Assembly: GCA_965649765.1 (NCBI GenBank)
Contig: OZ287753.1
Location: forward strand, 69,874,001 to 69,938,000
Origin: Bispira polyomma
Taxonomy: Eukaryota
DNA: 64,000 nt
Reading direction: 5' to 3'
Positions 23,387-37,344 of this stretch are shown here, piece by piece. Both the position numbers and the translations under genes were made by a program. Every line of letters starts with the position of its first letter. Within the stretch, counting starts at the first letter, position 1. The notes beneath the pieces were generated by a model. It made no database searches. It was not told where the DNA came from and worked only from the letters and a program-made list of their open reading frames with translations.

Positions 23387-26238
23387 CATTGTACTATTAA
23401 TATACCTAGAGCCCATATTGACAAAATGTCTTCGTCTTAACGCTTAACATTTGTGTCTAAAATATTAAAACTAGCTAGTGTTAGTGGTAAGAGCAAAGTT
23501 AACACTAAGCCAAGATCTGTCCTTACTGTCACTTGGACTAAGCCCAAAATGATGACCTTATCAGCCAAAATCTTAATGACTAAGTTAAGACTCATTAAGA
23601 CTAAGACATTATGTGAATACGGCTTCGATTTATTATAAAATAATATCCTGTCATTCGTATAAAATCTTTCTCTCCCAAGATGTTCAGATAATAGAGTTTC
23701 TGTTGATCTTATTAAGTAAAGTGTATGTGTACTGTTGTTCAGGAGTTAATTGGTCCACGGGTGTGTTAGATTACTGTCGAAAAAAACACCTGCCTAGGAC
23801 TGAAACAAGTCATAAGCAGCGAGTTTTAGTGTCTGTGTGCTGTGTCACGAATAGTCTAATACTATGTAAAGGCTACTCATTATGGCATTTAAATAAGTTT
23901 GTTTTCAAATTTGCTATTTAAAAATATAGTACCTCTTTTCTGCCAATTGTCGTTAATGTGGTGTTGCTAATATGATCATTACAAAAAAAATAGAATGCTG
24001 TTCTTGATTCTAATTTTGTGTACTCAGTGATTTGCCACAGTATCTAGTTCGTGCGCACACAATTTGTATGTTAGTGCTGAAAGGACAAGCATTTTCAGAA
24101 ACGAGTCTCCATCTCTTGACCTTGTGCTCAAACCTGAAGGTTATATACATTTGGCAAAAAAAACGTTTTTTTTAAACCCTAACTAAATGTTTAAGTATGT
24201 TTCAGTTAGCACTGTTAAAGGTGATGCTTTGCCCTGTATGAAACCTTTGTTTTTCTGAAATCAGGATGTCAAGACTCGAGTTCAAGATTTCTGTTGTGTG
24301 AGAATATATTTGTCGATTATAAGAGTCCAAATTAAACCTTTCAAAAAAAGTATATTGGTGAAAAAAGCCAGCATTGCCATCCACATGTAATTTTAGATCA
24401 ATGTATTTAAGAGAGTAGAAAACACAAAAGAGAATAAATAGTATACAAGTTTTTAAGCATCTTACTCGCAGGTTAAAGTGATGTATCTTATTTAATGATA
24501 GTTTATTAAGGTACTGTGGTTGTGCAGTCACATCCTATTTGTTTAGCCTTACTTTTTCAACAGTATTGAAATAATCAGGCTTGATGCACTGGCAGAAAGG
24601 AGTTTCAGGGTTCAAGAATTCAGTCTATTCAAATGTAAACAAGAAACATGAATTGATAGAAAGCTGATTGTGTGTTTGCAATTATTGAAATAGTTTTTGA
24701 GAAGAGAATTAATAGTGAGATTTCTGATATCGATCCTTGGAACCATAACTAAATGCCAAGTACACTAGAACCTCTTGTATGTGAGTTTTGAATGTCTTAA
24801 AGGTATTCTTACTTATACCTGCCAAAAAAAGATGAAAACTTTAATTGTCCCGATATGGCTGGAGTATTCACAAAGATTTTAATTCTTAAAATTTTGTCTC
24901 AACAAATTTGATTGGTTGAAATATATTCTTTCAAAGAATCTAATTGGCTGGAACTAAATGTTTGTGAATACGACCCGTGGACTTTTTACTGTAGTCTTCT
25001 ATTAGTCCAGCTAATTGTCATTCATTCAAACTGTTTATATAATGTGGGTTCTGCTGTATTCATATTATATTGGCAGTGTTCATACCAGGACTTTGAGGAG
25101 GTGTATTCTGTACGTTGTTCGTGTTGGATCTCAGCGTGTTGCATTTGAATTTTTATATTGCATTAACTGATTCTAATTGTTCAGATTATGTACATAAAAC
25201 AATACGACAGGTTTGTTCAGTATGTAAATCATGTTTTTACAAATTTAATCTCAATAATCATGGAAGTTTTCATTCTTAGTAACCTGCAAAAAACTAGACT
25301 TGCAAAATTACGTACACAATTTGTTTGTCCCGTCACCACAAAGTATTCATTAGTGGGGTTGTAATCTAAAATTTTGAATTCTTGTAGGATATGTTTAGTT
25401 CTACTCGATATAATCAGACCACATGTCTGTATATATTTATAAGGTTTTATGATAAAATTGGATTAATTTAGTGAAAAAGTTTCGGTGAAATTTAAAGAAA
25501 AGTTTCAACGCTGACCTAATATGCTGAACTGCAACTGGGTGGTTTGCCCTATTTGGTTTTGAAAACAATATAAGAATTGGATTGCAGAGAAGATTCAAAC
25601 TACTTTTGAAGAGAACAAGGAACTTTTTTGACACATTCCATAGGATGCGCACTATGCAGTCTTTAAACATAATGAGTTGGGTCATTTGAAAACTTTCCTG
25701 ACTAATGAGCCACAGTGTTCTAATATGACATGCTGATTGTGCCAACATTTGTTAGCATAGGTTCCACTGACTGTTAAAATAGTTATTTTCAAAATAGAAG
25801 AACAAAAAACCCCAAATATAATAACCCTTTAATTCTGAGCTATTAGTCCTGCTGGTGTTCAACTACCATCCTTTTTGGTGAAGCTATTTTAAAGTATTTA
25901 AAAAATATCTACTCTGCAAGTATTTTTAGAAAAGAGACCCTGTTTTCAATCAAAGACTAAAAATTACATACGACAGTCCGTAATAAACACAAAAATAATG
26001 AGGGTTACTTGCAAAAATAAGTTTACAGAATGGAACGTAAGAAGATTGGCTTGATTCAATTATATTGTGACGTTTTGAATCTTAGATTGTAAGCTTTGGT
26101 CCACAAATACGAGGGAACTTTTCTTGGGACACCTTTGCCAAAATTACATCTATTATTTGTCTAACTTTAATGAACTGGACAACTTTAAACTTTTCAGATA
26201 GTTAGATATTGCAGATACTCTACAACAGATGACATGTA

Positions 26239-26401
26239 CAGTAGTACTTCTATTATCCAAACTGCTATCATCCGAATATTTGATTTTAAGAACTCTCCCA
26301 AGTTTATGTTTACCTAAAATCCATCTTCTATGCTCTGAACATTCTATTAGCCGAACAAAATCTTGCTCTCCCAACATGTTCGGATAAGAGAGGTTCTACT
26401 G
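26239..26401. mobile_element. Tc1/pogo-type MITE (CAGTAGAACCTC family)
   Basis: cagtagtacttctattatcc...ggataagagaggttctactg; many related copies in the window. Confidence 0.75.
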
Positions 26402-28586
26402 TTTATCTAAGTGTCAGAAGCATTGAGTAGCTGGACCCTTGCTTGAGTTACGTTACCTGGATGATGTTGCTTCTAAAATAAAATGATCCAATTTAATTGC
26501 CCAAAGTACAAGTGCTAGCTTTACCTTATTCAGTAATATTACACATAAAAACTTACACAGGACTTTATTTTTGTTTTGTTTTAGTTATTGTTATCTTATA
26601 AGGCATTGAGACTTGTTGTAAAAAGTGATACAGTTTATTACATTGGTCATGAATTCAAAGAAGCCTCAAATTTGTGGTGGAAACGAATCAATTCCATATA
26701 CTGTGTGAGATCTAGGGGTGGGACGGTACCAAAAATTCGAGTCTTAGATATCGATTGTCAAAAACCATTGTGAATCCGGGATACTGCCCCCCAAAATATA
26801 ACCAATTAGTGCAAATCAAACAAACCCTCAAGAACGGGAAGTAATCAAAAACCAAATTACAACATTTAGGTTATGCCTCAAAACGATTAAAAAATGACTA
26901 AAACCTTTCCCATTTCAATAGTCTTCCAACATAAAACCTATTTTTCTGCTTCAGTTTGTTACTCGTTTGCGGTAAAAACCCTGTATTTTCTGGGACTACC
27001 GTCTCAACCCCTAGGACTCTGATCTAATTGCAGCATTCAAGTATGCTCTCATGTTTTTGGATGTACAGGTATCCATGTTTTATTGGTGGCTTTTGATAAA
27101 CCTAGTGGTATAAAACGTGTCAACAAAGTGATACTGGAAATAACGCATTTTATTCACCTTTGTTAGAACCTGTATGTCACAAACTGTGCCTCTATTTATA
27201 TGTAACGTCCAAAACCGGCCTGGCATACAAAATGTAGGACTGCTGCAAGTACTGCTACTGACTAGCACTGGAACTCCAGCGCATATTGAAAGTAATCTAT
27301 ACAAAAGACAATAAAAAAAATAACCTATATGGTCAAATAAATTAAATTTGTATAAATATATGAAAGTTTTTTGCCTATATTTTCAGTGCAGAACCATTTT
27401 TTTTACCAGTTATTTTATGAAGGATAATTAATGCAATTTTTAAAAAGCGTTTATGAAAAAAAAATCTTAGCTGGTTTCAATTATCGTGAAAAGAACACAG
27501 TAGTCGCACAAAGAACAAGTTAGGGGCGAATTGAGAATGCATCCTGCACGCAAGGCAATCGTCAAAGTCGCCACTAAACTCCTCCGACCAGTGTTTTGAA
27601 TTGTGGGTCAACTATATCACTGAGCAGTCATTAGCGAAGGTTGTGACATTGAGGGGCGAGGCCTTTAATCACTGCCACTTTATGGTACCCGCAGTAGCCC
27701 TATTAACATGATGAGCCTAAATATATGCAAGGTGTATAGTGTGAGATTTTGAGAAGGTACAACTAAACAGTTATGTGTGTATGATTTGTGTGTTACTACA
27801 GCAAAGATTTCTATCATCTGACCAGGTTGTTAGCAGCATCAGGTCGCATTTTTCCTCACAATTTGTTCAGATAGTAGAGGTTCTGTAAGTTTTATTCAAA
27901 AGCCGTGTTCAGAAGTGCAGCACCCTCTCATGGTTCATTCATAATGCGCCGCCGCCATGTCTTCTATATTCTGTGTTTAATAATACTGTTTATGCTGCTT
28001 TAGAAAAAAGAAAGAATGCATAATTTTTTTTTAATATGTATTTTAACACTAAGTCATGCTTAATCTGTGATGAAGAATGATTTTAGAGCTTTTTGTACAA
28101 AGTGATAAAGGAGAACACTTTTTTTTGTTTTTTTTTCCTGTTGAGAAACATTTCGTGACATAGTTACACTGCTACAGTGTCTGGACGTCTGTTCTTTGTA
28201 AATTATTGTGTACGTCTACAAGATTGATTCCAGTTAAAGTTGTTTGGTTAAATATTTTTTTGTTGGGAGTTGTGGTTGCCATGGAGACGTGTTTCTGTGG
28301 TAAGCACTCTCTCTGTGTTGGCTGTTTACACTGGAGAGTAAAGCAAACCTGATTACCTTGGGATCACCGCACAGCGTGTGACATGCACACAATGATTCAT
28401 AGCTTTTTATTTCATACACAAAAGTGTTCTCAACTTATTATTATTAGTATTGTTTTTTGTTCTTTCATTAAAGGGAGAGAGAGAGAGAAAACGATGCTGA
28501 TATATTTTGAAGTCTCTAGTGATATAGTATATATATATATATATAATATTGTACGAGATTGTTTTCAGTGCTGATTTTAGTGGTTC

Positions 28587-28624
<38 letters not shown>

Positions 28625-30084
28625 TATCGTACACTAGTGTTCCCTGGAGGGGCTGCTTGTGACCTTCACCTGTTCAGTTGGGGACATGCCTTGTTATAAA
28701 CACTGTACATAATATTGCAGGCAGCCCACATTGGGTTCATAGAGTACAGATTATTTAGACAAGAAGAGAAGAGAGAAAAAAAGACAAAAAATCCCAGAAT
28801 AAAAATAACAAATTTTCTTAAGTGTACTTTGTGTTTTATTCATAACACTTGTTCCACTAGACTCCCAAAAACATTCACCGTCGGCCTTTCAGAAATCCTA
28901 CCGATAACAGGGAAACCATCCAAAATGTTAAGTAGGTTATGACAAATGAACTCTTGTTTTAACCAATTGAACATGCATTCAGCCAAAGGGCCTAAAAGTT
29001 TGTGTGTGTGTGGGGGGTGGGGGGGGCTGAACACTTTTAAGGCAGGATTACACAAAAATAACTAATAGATTTGGAGACAAGTTTATGCAAGGCCACGGCA
29101 TTGGCCTGGTTAAGGTGTATGGCGGCATATGGACGCTTATCCACTGAATCAATATTGACTAAACTTTGTGGAGGGCATGGGCCAAGGCACCAGTCAAAAG
29201 GTAAAAAACAATCCTGAAGGATCACTTGAAAAATATATAATTTTGACCAATCTTTTTGGGGAGCTAGGGAATGGGCCAAGGAAAAGTATGGTGGAGTGGA
29301 TTCTGGTACCACAGGGCCAAAGGTGGAAAATTTCTGCTGTGGGATTACACAGAAGTACTGGACACAACGTGACCAAACTTTGTAAAGGGTATATGCCAAT
29401 GAAAAGAAGTGCTAACTACACCATGGTCATCTATAGTCGCCAGCATAGTGGTTACCTGGCTGTGTGGCCCTGTACTTTGTTCCGTTCTTGCAGTATCGGT
29501 ATTATTGGAAGTTGCCTAATCAAATTCAATGGTCGGATTCAGCCTTTATTTCAAAGCCCCCCCGCCCCCCCGCCCCCCCCCCCCTTCCCCCACCACCACC
29601 ATTAATCAATCGTGCATCATTTGCCTGCCAAAATAAAGTCTTGACAACTCTCAATTGAAATGCAATTTCAATTTTCGACAAGGAAGGTATTTTTATAGGC
29701 AAAAGAAGCCCATAAAGAAACGGTTGAAACTAAAATTTATGAAGCTAGTTTCTGTGTGAATTTTTTGGATACTGACCTAACATTGGTGAAATGATTAAAT
29801 GGGCAATGAATGACTTGTGTGATAACCCTGACAGCAGTGTGTTGAAAATCATCCACGGGGGTGTGGAGTTACCATATCAGAGAACCTTGGAATCTGGGAA
29901 ACCATTTACAAAAAACAAGACTGGATTAATTTTACAGCGATATTATAGTTGTGAAGAAGACCCCATATGAAACAAAAACAAAGTTAACCCTGGAACCAAA
30001 AGATATCTGTCCAAAGCAGGAATATGAAAATTGACCCTTTAGGTGGCATGACGTTAGCTCGACTCAGCATTTTATTGTGAATTT

Positions 30085-30560
30085 TTAACTTTTATTATTA
30101 TGAATTTTTAACGCGCTAGGGATCTTCTAAAGCGCAACAGCAGAATCATTGATCCAATCGTAAAGTCCATGGGCATAGCAAGGTTGTAAGAAAAGATGTG
30201 GGGGTGTGCATGCAGGAAGCTAGGGTGGGTAGGCAAGGTTAAAAAGATAGCTTTTAAGCTTTTTCCGAAAACCAAGAAGTGTATCAACTGATCTGAGGTC
30301 AACTGGGAGACTGTTCCGTAACAAGGAGCTGCAACAAAGAAAGCTCTTGATCCCGTCTTCCTGATTGGTCTGATTGAAGAAACCAAGAGTCTGTTGCCTC
30401 TCTTACAGTTACTAAAAGAGAAGGGAAGCACGGTAGGAGGGCTGTTGAGTGACTATAGCCTTAAAAGTGTTAACATGAATTTTAAACAAAATTTGAGAGT
30501 GAATGGGCAGCCAGTGTAATTTTTTAAGTTAAAGAGTTGGCGTTTGCATCTTTTAGCCTC
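30085..30560 (-). mobile_element. 3' remnant of an L2/CR1-clade LINE
   Basis: - strand translates to LKKLHWLPIHSQILFKI...GSRAFFVAAP and, after a frameshift, NSLPVDLRS...FRKKLKSYLF, followed by an (aat)n tail. Confidence 0.85.
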
Positions 30561-32399
30561 TGGATGGTGGCATTGGTCCATTTTATGATACATTGTCAAA
30601 AACTTCATTAGGCCCTAAGGAGATATGCGAGAAAGTTTCCTCGATTTTCAATCCTTTACTTTTCTCGCTTGTTAGATGTCCAAACTGCCACAGTTCTAGC
30701 AAATGACATTGTTACTAGTTGTAGTAACTTGCAACCACTGTTTCAATGTTTTCAAAAACAACTTAACAAAATGAGAAACCTTCTAGTGGCTAGTAACACT
30801 ATAACTAGTAAATTGTTAAACTTCATCTCATATTTATGATCTTTATCATCCATATTTCGGTATATGGGCCAAAAACAACACCTCAAATATCTATAAGAAG
30901 TCCCCAAGTTGATTTAAGTGAATAGATGTCCCCACAAAGTCTTTCACTCCTCACCATCTAGTGTTGAATGTTCTTTGGTCCAGATGAAAAAATCTAAAAC
31001 TTCAAAATGTACAAAAAAAATCTGACCTTTTCTGCAAGCGTCTGTCCAGTTTGTAGATCTACAGTGTCATAAACTGAGTCTCTGATCTTTCAGTCTGAAC
31101 TTTAAAAATCAATACTATCCATAATGTCCTCATATGTAGACGTTCAAAACAAATATTACCAGTATTTATGACTCCATAGACCTGCTTGAGTTTGTTCCTT
31201 TTTCCCCCAATACATGTCATGTATGAGCTCATAAATCCAGCAAGTAGTAGAAATGTGTTGCCTCAACTAAAATACAGCTGGGTACTTCTAAAGTCTACAA
31301 TGCCCTCCTACATTGCAGCTTACAAAAACGGCTGTAGAAAACCTACCTTATGCCCAAACTATATGCAATGAAGATGATGTGCTCTTATAGAAATTAAACC
31401 AATTCTGAGAGAGTCAAAGATAAATCCAAGATGGCTGACCTAGCAAAAATGCATTCAAGATGGCTGGTATACCAAAGGGGACCGCAAAAGATGAGGTCCA
31501 ATAGCCAAGGCTAAAGTGCTTTGATTTAATGACACAATCATAAGATATGCTACTCTAAATTATTAATTAACAAATCATTGGTACTTTGCTAACCCATGTT
31601 GTATGGGTGATACTAGGTACAGTAAATATGTGGTTCCATCCCGTTGAATCTTCCAACTCGGGTGATTTTGTGTGGCCATATACTGCTTTCATCCATATGG
31701 CCAAGTGAAAAAAGCTAATAGGTCAACAATAAAATTGCTCTATCTCGCACACTGTGTTGGACATTATAGCCGTTTTCTTTATTGAGTCACCTGACGTAAC
31801 AAGGTCTACTATACTTTGTGTCACTTAAGGGATATTTGAACGCTAGGAAATATGGTTTAATGTTTGATGTATAATTATTACATCGGCCTTTGAAAGGAAC
31901 ATGTACTATTTAAGTGGGATCACCAACCGTGGGAATGCGGGTTGTTCATCTTCATGGCATGCTAATTTAAACATGGGCATCATTACTGACAAATTACAGC
32001 CTTGCTAATATGAACTCATTTTGGACTCCAGTGTTTATACAATTTCTTTCTTTTTTTCGTGGTGTAATTTTTCGTGGTTGTGGTATACAAATGTTAATAA
32101 GACCTGTTGTAGCAAGGTGAAATACTGTTAAATGTTATTCCCATATATTTTTATTTAATGATGTCAGTCCGTCTGCAGTATTTATAATAATTTATTTCAG
32201 ACATATAAATAAACATATATATGAATGAAAATGATTGAACATACAAAAAAACAAAACAAAAAAAAAACAGAGATAAAGTAATTAAAGAATAATCCTGTAT
32301 GTTACATGTTCAATTATGAAATGAACATACAGTGGTACATATCAAAAGATATTTTTCATGATGACACCATGCTGAATTTTTTGCATATGCTTGTGAATT

Positions 32400-33900
32400 A
32401 ACACATTCTTTAAATCATTCAGTCTATTACACAAGCCGTAGCTACATTTTCTAATAGATTCTATAATTGATTTAACATTATTAAAAACAAAGATCTGAGA
32501 TGCACTACAATATCTGAGGTAATTAAAGAGAAATCTGACGGTATGTTCCAGGATGCAACAAATTCTCTGTTACTATAATTGCACCATAGACTAACAGTAT
32601 ACACTATTATTTAGTGAAATGAGAAGCACTGTGAGAACGATAAAGTCACTGTAATTTATGCCACCATAAGTTTGTTTTTAGTAGCATTTACATTAATTAA
32701 CTCAGAATCAATACCTAAAATATGACCCAGATGCCTTTGATGGTATAAATTTACGCCCAGCTGTTCCACAGTCAAGGATGATCTGGAGCAGCCCCGATTT
32801 TTACAATCTTAGTGGGACCCTGCTCAATCCTCTGGACCACCTGTCGTGACAGTGAATACCTCAAATTTTTAAAAATGCTCCACATAATCCTGGAGTACGC
32901 CAGGGTGATGTTTTAAAATTCCCAACTATTCAACTGCAATAACGGGGGCCATCCTCCCCGATCGCAACTATCAGTCTGTGGGACCTCCCCGATCGTAAAG
33001 ATCAGACTGGATGACCTCCCTGGCTGTAAAGATGAGTCTGGGTAACCTCCTTAATCGTAAAGATTAGTCTGGGTGACACTCTGTTTGACTGATTTTTGTT
33101 TGTCGAGGCTTTTGGCTATAAAAGGTCAGTTTTTTCCACGTTCCAGACGGTTGAATTTTTTTCTCAAAGAGCAATCTTCACAATCGGGGAAGCCACTCGG
33201 GTTGATCCTAACAATCGAGAAAGCCACAAAGGTTGATCTTTACAGCAATGAGGATTCCATTTTGTTGTTTTAGGGGGATGGAGGGGCCATATACACATGT
33301 TTTGATTCATTAAAGGTAATGTTAAGTTGATAATCTTCACGAATACAACAGTTTATCAGCTGTTGGCGTCCTTTTGCAGAAGGACTCAGAATAACTAAAT
33401 CATCTGCATATAAAATATAGTTAATTTGAGTATGTTGAAATATACAGCCTATTTGATGTTTTGTAAGTTTAACACTGGTTTTAATAATATAGACATGAAA
33501 CATACGCCTTCATAATATGCCTTGTCAAACACCATTATGAGCAGGGAAATAGAATATAAGTTGTATCCAACAAACACACAACCTTTGTAAGTAAGTTAAA
33601 GCGCTAATGTTCTCAAAAAATTAATATTTTAAGTGTTTTTTATGGTTAACTCTTGTCAAAAGTCTTTGAAGCATCCATAAACCTGATATAAGATGTGGAT
33701 CTTTTGTAGGTTTTGAAGAATCCGACGAGTCATAATGCTTGAATCCAAACCGGTTTTAGCTGGTCACATGATACTGGTCTTTTATGTTCGAAATAATATT
33801 TTCAAATATCTGAGTATATTGCTGTAAGACCAATAGGACGGTATTAAACTATATATGTAAGAAAAGTTGCCTTTATATAAACAGTTTCAACCCATTATAT
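32400..33900 (-). mobile_element. Decayed RTE-X-like LINE reverse transcriptase remnant, interrupted at about 32740-33280
   Basis: - strand fragments YRPI, FGFK, FMDASKTFD..NH, YILYADDLVILSPSAKG and RYCSASQIFV. Confidence 0.78.
32953..33077 (+). repeat. 30-bp tandem repeat, about 4 units
   Basis: cctccccgatcgtaaagatcagtctgggtga-like units. Confidence 0.85.
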
Positions 33901-35390
33901 CTAGTCATATTTCCATCATATTTCTTTTACGTCTTATCATATATAGTTGATAAATCGTAAGTCTTTATAATCTAGTCACATTTAGTTTGTAACCGTTGCT
34001 AGGACATGACACCTTGGTGTAGTTCTGCCGTAAAACTTTTGGGGAGATTTCTCAGCCCTTGCAAATAGGAGGTACATCGAATTGGGGACTGTCTCAATTT
34101 ACCAACCATGACATTATTGTCACGGGGAACTCTACAATTGGTAGTAGACTTGCTGAAGGCTGGTGGTTTTGCAGAGAAGAAAGCCGTAACCAACTATATC
34201 CTGGTCTGATTTTCTCCACTTGTGAACTGTTCCTCGTGATCTGACACAACATGTGTGGTAGGCGACCTTAAGAACAAACTAAACTAAATATATCCTGTCT
34301 TAAAACTCAACACTTAAACTAAATTCATAGTAAAATATCTTTAAAACTTATTACAGGTCAAAAGTAAAGATTAGGCTTCTCTTTTGAATAGTGATTTTGA
34401 TGAAACGGCACAAAATAATTTTTTCGTTCTAAATGTACGAGTGCGTTATGATTCTTGGTTGGGACTAAATCGTTACTTAAAAATGCAAATCTAAAAGGTT
34501 ATTTGAATATTCCTGAATTGAACAGTAATCAATTGAATAAACCCAGTTGGATGTATTATTTGAATAATTGTGTTTCGGGTGATGATAGCTTATTTGGAGA
34601 ATATAAAAATAGTATTTTGAATTGTATACAATTCATTATTAATTGAAACTTATAAACATTAGAAATTATAAAAAAATTTAATTGATAGTGAATTATATAT
34701 TTTTTTAAATTGATCAACTTATAAAACTATTGTAATAACTGTTTATATATATATATTATCACAATGTTGTTCCCAATGACATCTGTAAATTTTGACAACA
34801 ATCCCGCAAGGTATGTGACTTGAAAGGCTAGTTTTTTAGCTGCAGTTGATAATCTCCCGCCCTCTCTCCCCCATCTGGCGTGGAAAGAAGTGTAGCCAGA
34901 AGACAAGCTAAAAACTTTTGCACACCCACACCAAGCTCACGTCAATCAAAAACTTTGCTGAGCATGGATTGGCTGAAGGTTATTTTTTCATCTCGTCTTT
35001 AATCGATGGTGGGTGGCTGCTGATGTTGCTACTTGTAGGCCAAAAAAAGTGGGAGGGGGCAAAAGAGGTTTATAGGGAAGCAGTTTTCTTCTCTGGATTT
35101 GTGTGTGTGTGTGTGTGTGTACTGGGAAGAGAAGATGCTTTGTTAGAGAAAAGTTTATAGTTGTGTGGTGGTGTGTGTACTGGATATTTGGTAGGAGACT
35201 CGGCGAGTGAGTGAAGGAAATAAGGAGAGTAGTATTAACATCTAAGGTAACGCGTCTGGATATATAGAGTATATATATATATATTAGGATTTTTTTTTCG
35301 GATTCAGAAAGCATCTATTAAGGTGGAGGGATATATAATAACGTACAAAAGGTACATATTTAAAAAAAAAGTAAAAAAACTTTTCGTGCT

Positions 35391-35822
35391 ATGCCTGGGG
35401 GAGATCTATCCGGGGGTACTTCCGTGTACCCCACCCTGCCCAATCCAGCACAGTTCGGCAGTTCCAGCATGTTCTTCAACAACAACCCTTATAACGGCAA
35501 CAGCAGTACCAATAGCACCAGCAATTATAGCAACAACACTGGGAACAGCTTTAACAATAATAATAATAGCTATGAGATTAACAACGTCAATGCACTGAAC
35601 ACGGTGAATTCACTGCAGTCCTCCCTGAGTGGACTGCAATCTCTGGGATTACTAAACACGGATGGATCCACCACCGTCAATAATAACAATAATAACCTAA
35701 GGATCCTCAATGAGTCCATCCAATCTCTGGATCTCTGGAGCAAGGGGCAGCAACAGCAACAAAACCCTACACTGAGTGATGTCTGGAGTTCTTTGTCCCA
35801 CTCTCCAACCCAGGCTTGTCAG
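35391..35822 (+). CDS. ZCCHC24: ZCCHC24 coding exon 1 (Asn/Ser-rich N-terminus, 144 codons)
   Basis: ATG at 35391, open frame, CAG|gtcagt donor, phase 0 fits the next exon; assignment by position and frame. Confidence 0.8.
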
Positions 35823-35878
35823 GTCAGTGGATTAAAAGTATATGCATGGTTTATGTCTGTCTGTGTCTGATCTTGTAA

Positions 35879-36318
35879 GTGAGCATTTCCATGAAGGCAA
35901 CTTTCTGAGGTGATCAGGTGACAGCCGATTCTATCAGTTACATTGATTTTAAACCAAGTGTTTCCATGTGAGCAACGCGGATAGGCGACAGGCAATGCCA
36001 GGTGATTTTTTCGGTACTAGGAGCGAAAAAGAATCGCCTGGCATTGCCTGTCGCCTTGTAAACATTGCCGATGTTTTAAAAATAACTCAGAAATAACTAA
36101 AGGTATAAATTTCAGAAAAATATGTTGAGAAAGCTTATTTTATTGAGTATATTGTGCTTTTTGTTGCATCAAAATCGGTTGAGAAATGGCTAAAATATTC
36201 AAGTTTAAATACAGGTACGTATTTTTCTCAAATAATGGTACAGAAATATAAAAATTGAAAATTACCCATTGGACGTCGGCTGGTCGCCTCAGAAAGTTGC
36301 CTGCATGGAAACGCTCAC
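35879..36318. mobile_element. PIF/Harbinger-type MITE in ZCCHC24 intron 1
   Basis: About 40-bp TIR gtgagcatttccatg..ggcaactttctgagg, TAA/TTA flanks, internal palindrome aggcgacaggcaatgccagg. Confidence 0.85.
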
Positions 36319-37344
36319 TTAGAGTTCTTTGTCTTCCATTGAGGTTCCATTGGATTGAAAGTATGGTTTCGTTACTTTTGTTCTGGGATCTGTGTGCTCG
36401 AATTGTCCCACTACCAAATCCAGGCTTGTTAGGTGGGTGGATTTAAAGTATTGTTTACTCATGTTCCCTTGACTGAGTTTTCTGGGGTTTTTTTGCTGCC
36501 ATCAGTGACAGATCGATATCATCTATCCATTTAGTCTGTGGTTATATATTCATTATTACAAATAGCCATACACAATATCATAACTTATGGCCAACTTAAA
36601 ACTACTTGATTAATTGAATATAACTATTTGACAATATTGATGTATATTTCCCGTTGAAAAGAACATAATAAACTGCCATGTCAGATTTGTTGAGTTCAGG
36701 AAAAACATAACTGTTTTAGCAGCAGATAACTCTGTCTAGGTTTATGTCTGTCTGATCTGCGCAGGGTGTACAGTTCTTTGTTCCACTATCAAACCCAGGC
36801 TTGTTGGGTCAGTAGCTATTAGTATTGTTTACACATGTTCCCTAGACTGAGTTTTTTTAGGGTTTTTTTGTTGCTATCAGTGACAGATCGGTAACCTTAA
36901 AAGCAAAACTTCTACACCTGTGGGTGATTCATGTGCATAGACATTGTTCTTTGTCCCACTACTCAACCCAGGCTTGTCAGGTCAGTGGCTTTAAGTGTGG
37001 TTTACGCCTGTCTGTGATCTTTGTGAACTGCAAATTCTTTGTGTGGCTCTCTTGTAACGTCAGTGGCTTTAGCTATTGTTTGTACCCGTCCAAAATCTGT
37101 GTGGATGGACTAGTTATTTGTCCCACTCCCCAAGTTGGGAACTAGACCTATTCATACTCACCCCCTACCCTTGTGCTTACTGTATGAATGGAAGTTAATC
37201 GTACAGTTAACCACACAGATAGCAAATAATTGATTTTCGTCATTCCTGTCTGCATAATATCCATGTCCAAGCATAAAGTCCTTGCATCAATGTTGAGTCT
37301 TTGCTTCAATGTTTTGTAAAACTGTTTTATCAACACAAAATCCA

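Noticed and set aside
29168-29605. 145-aa ORF ending in PPPPPPFPHHHH
   Set aside because: GTG start, a C-terminus produced by a C-rich tract, no domain or splice support; probably repeat-derived.
33270-33503. Functional reverse transcriptase gene (YADD ORF)
   Set aside because: Neighbouring RT motifs are broken by frameshifts, stops and an insertion; it is a dead LINE fragment.
35323-35598. Overlapping alternative-frame ORF on ZCCHC24 exon 1
   Set aside because: Non-ATG start; the T/A/I-rich translation is a frame-shifted reading of AAC/AGC-rich codons.
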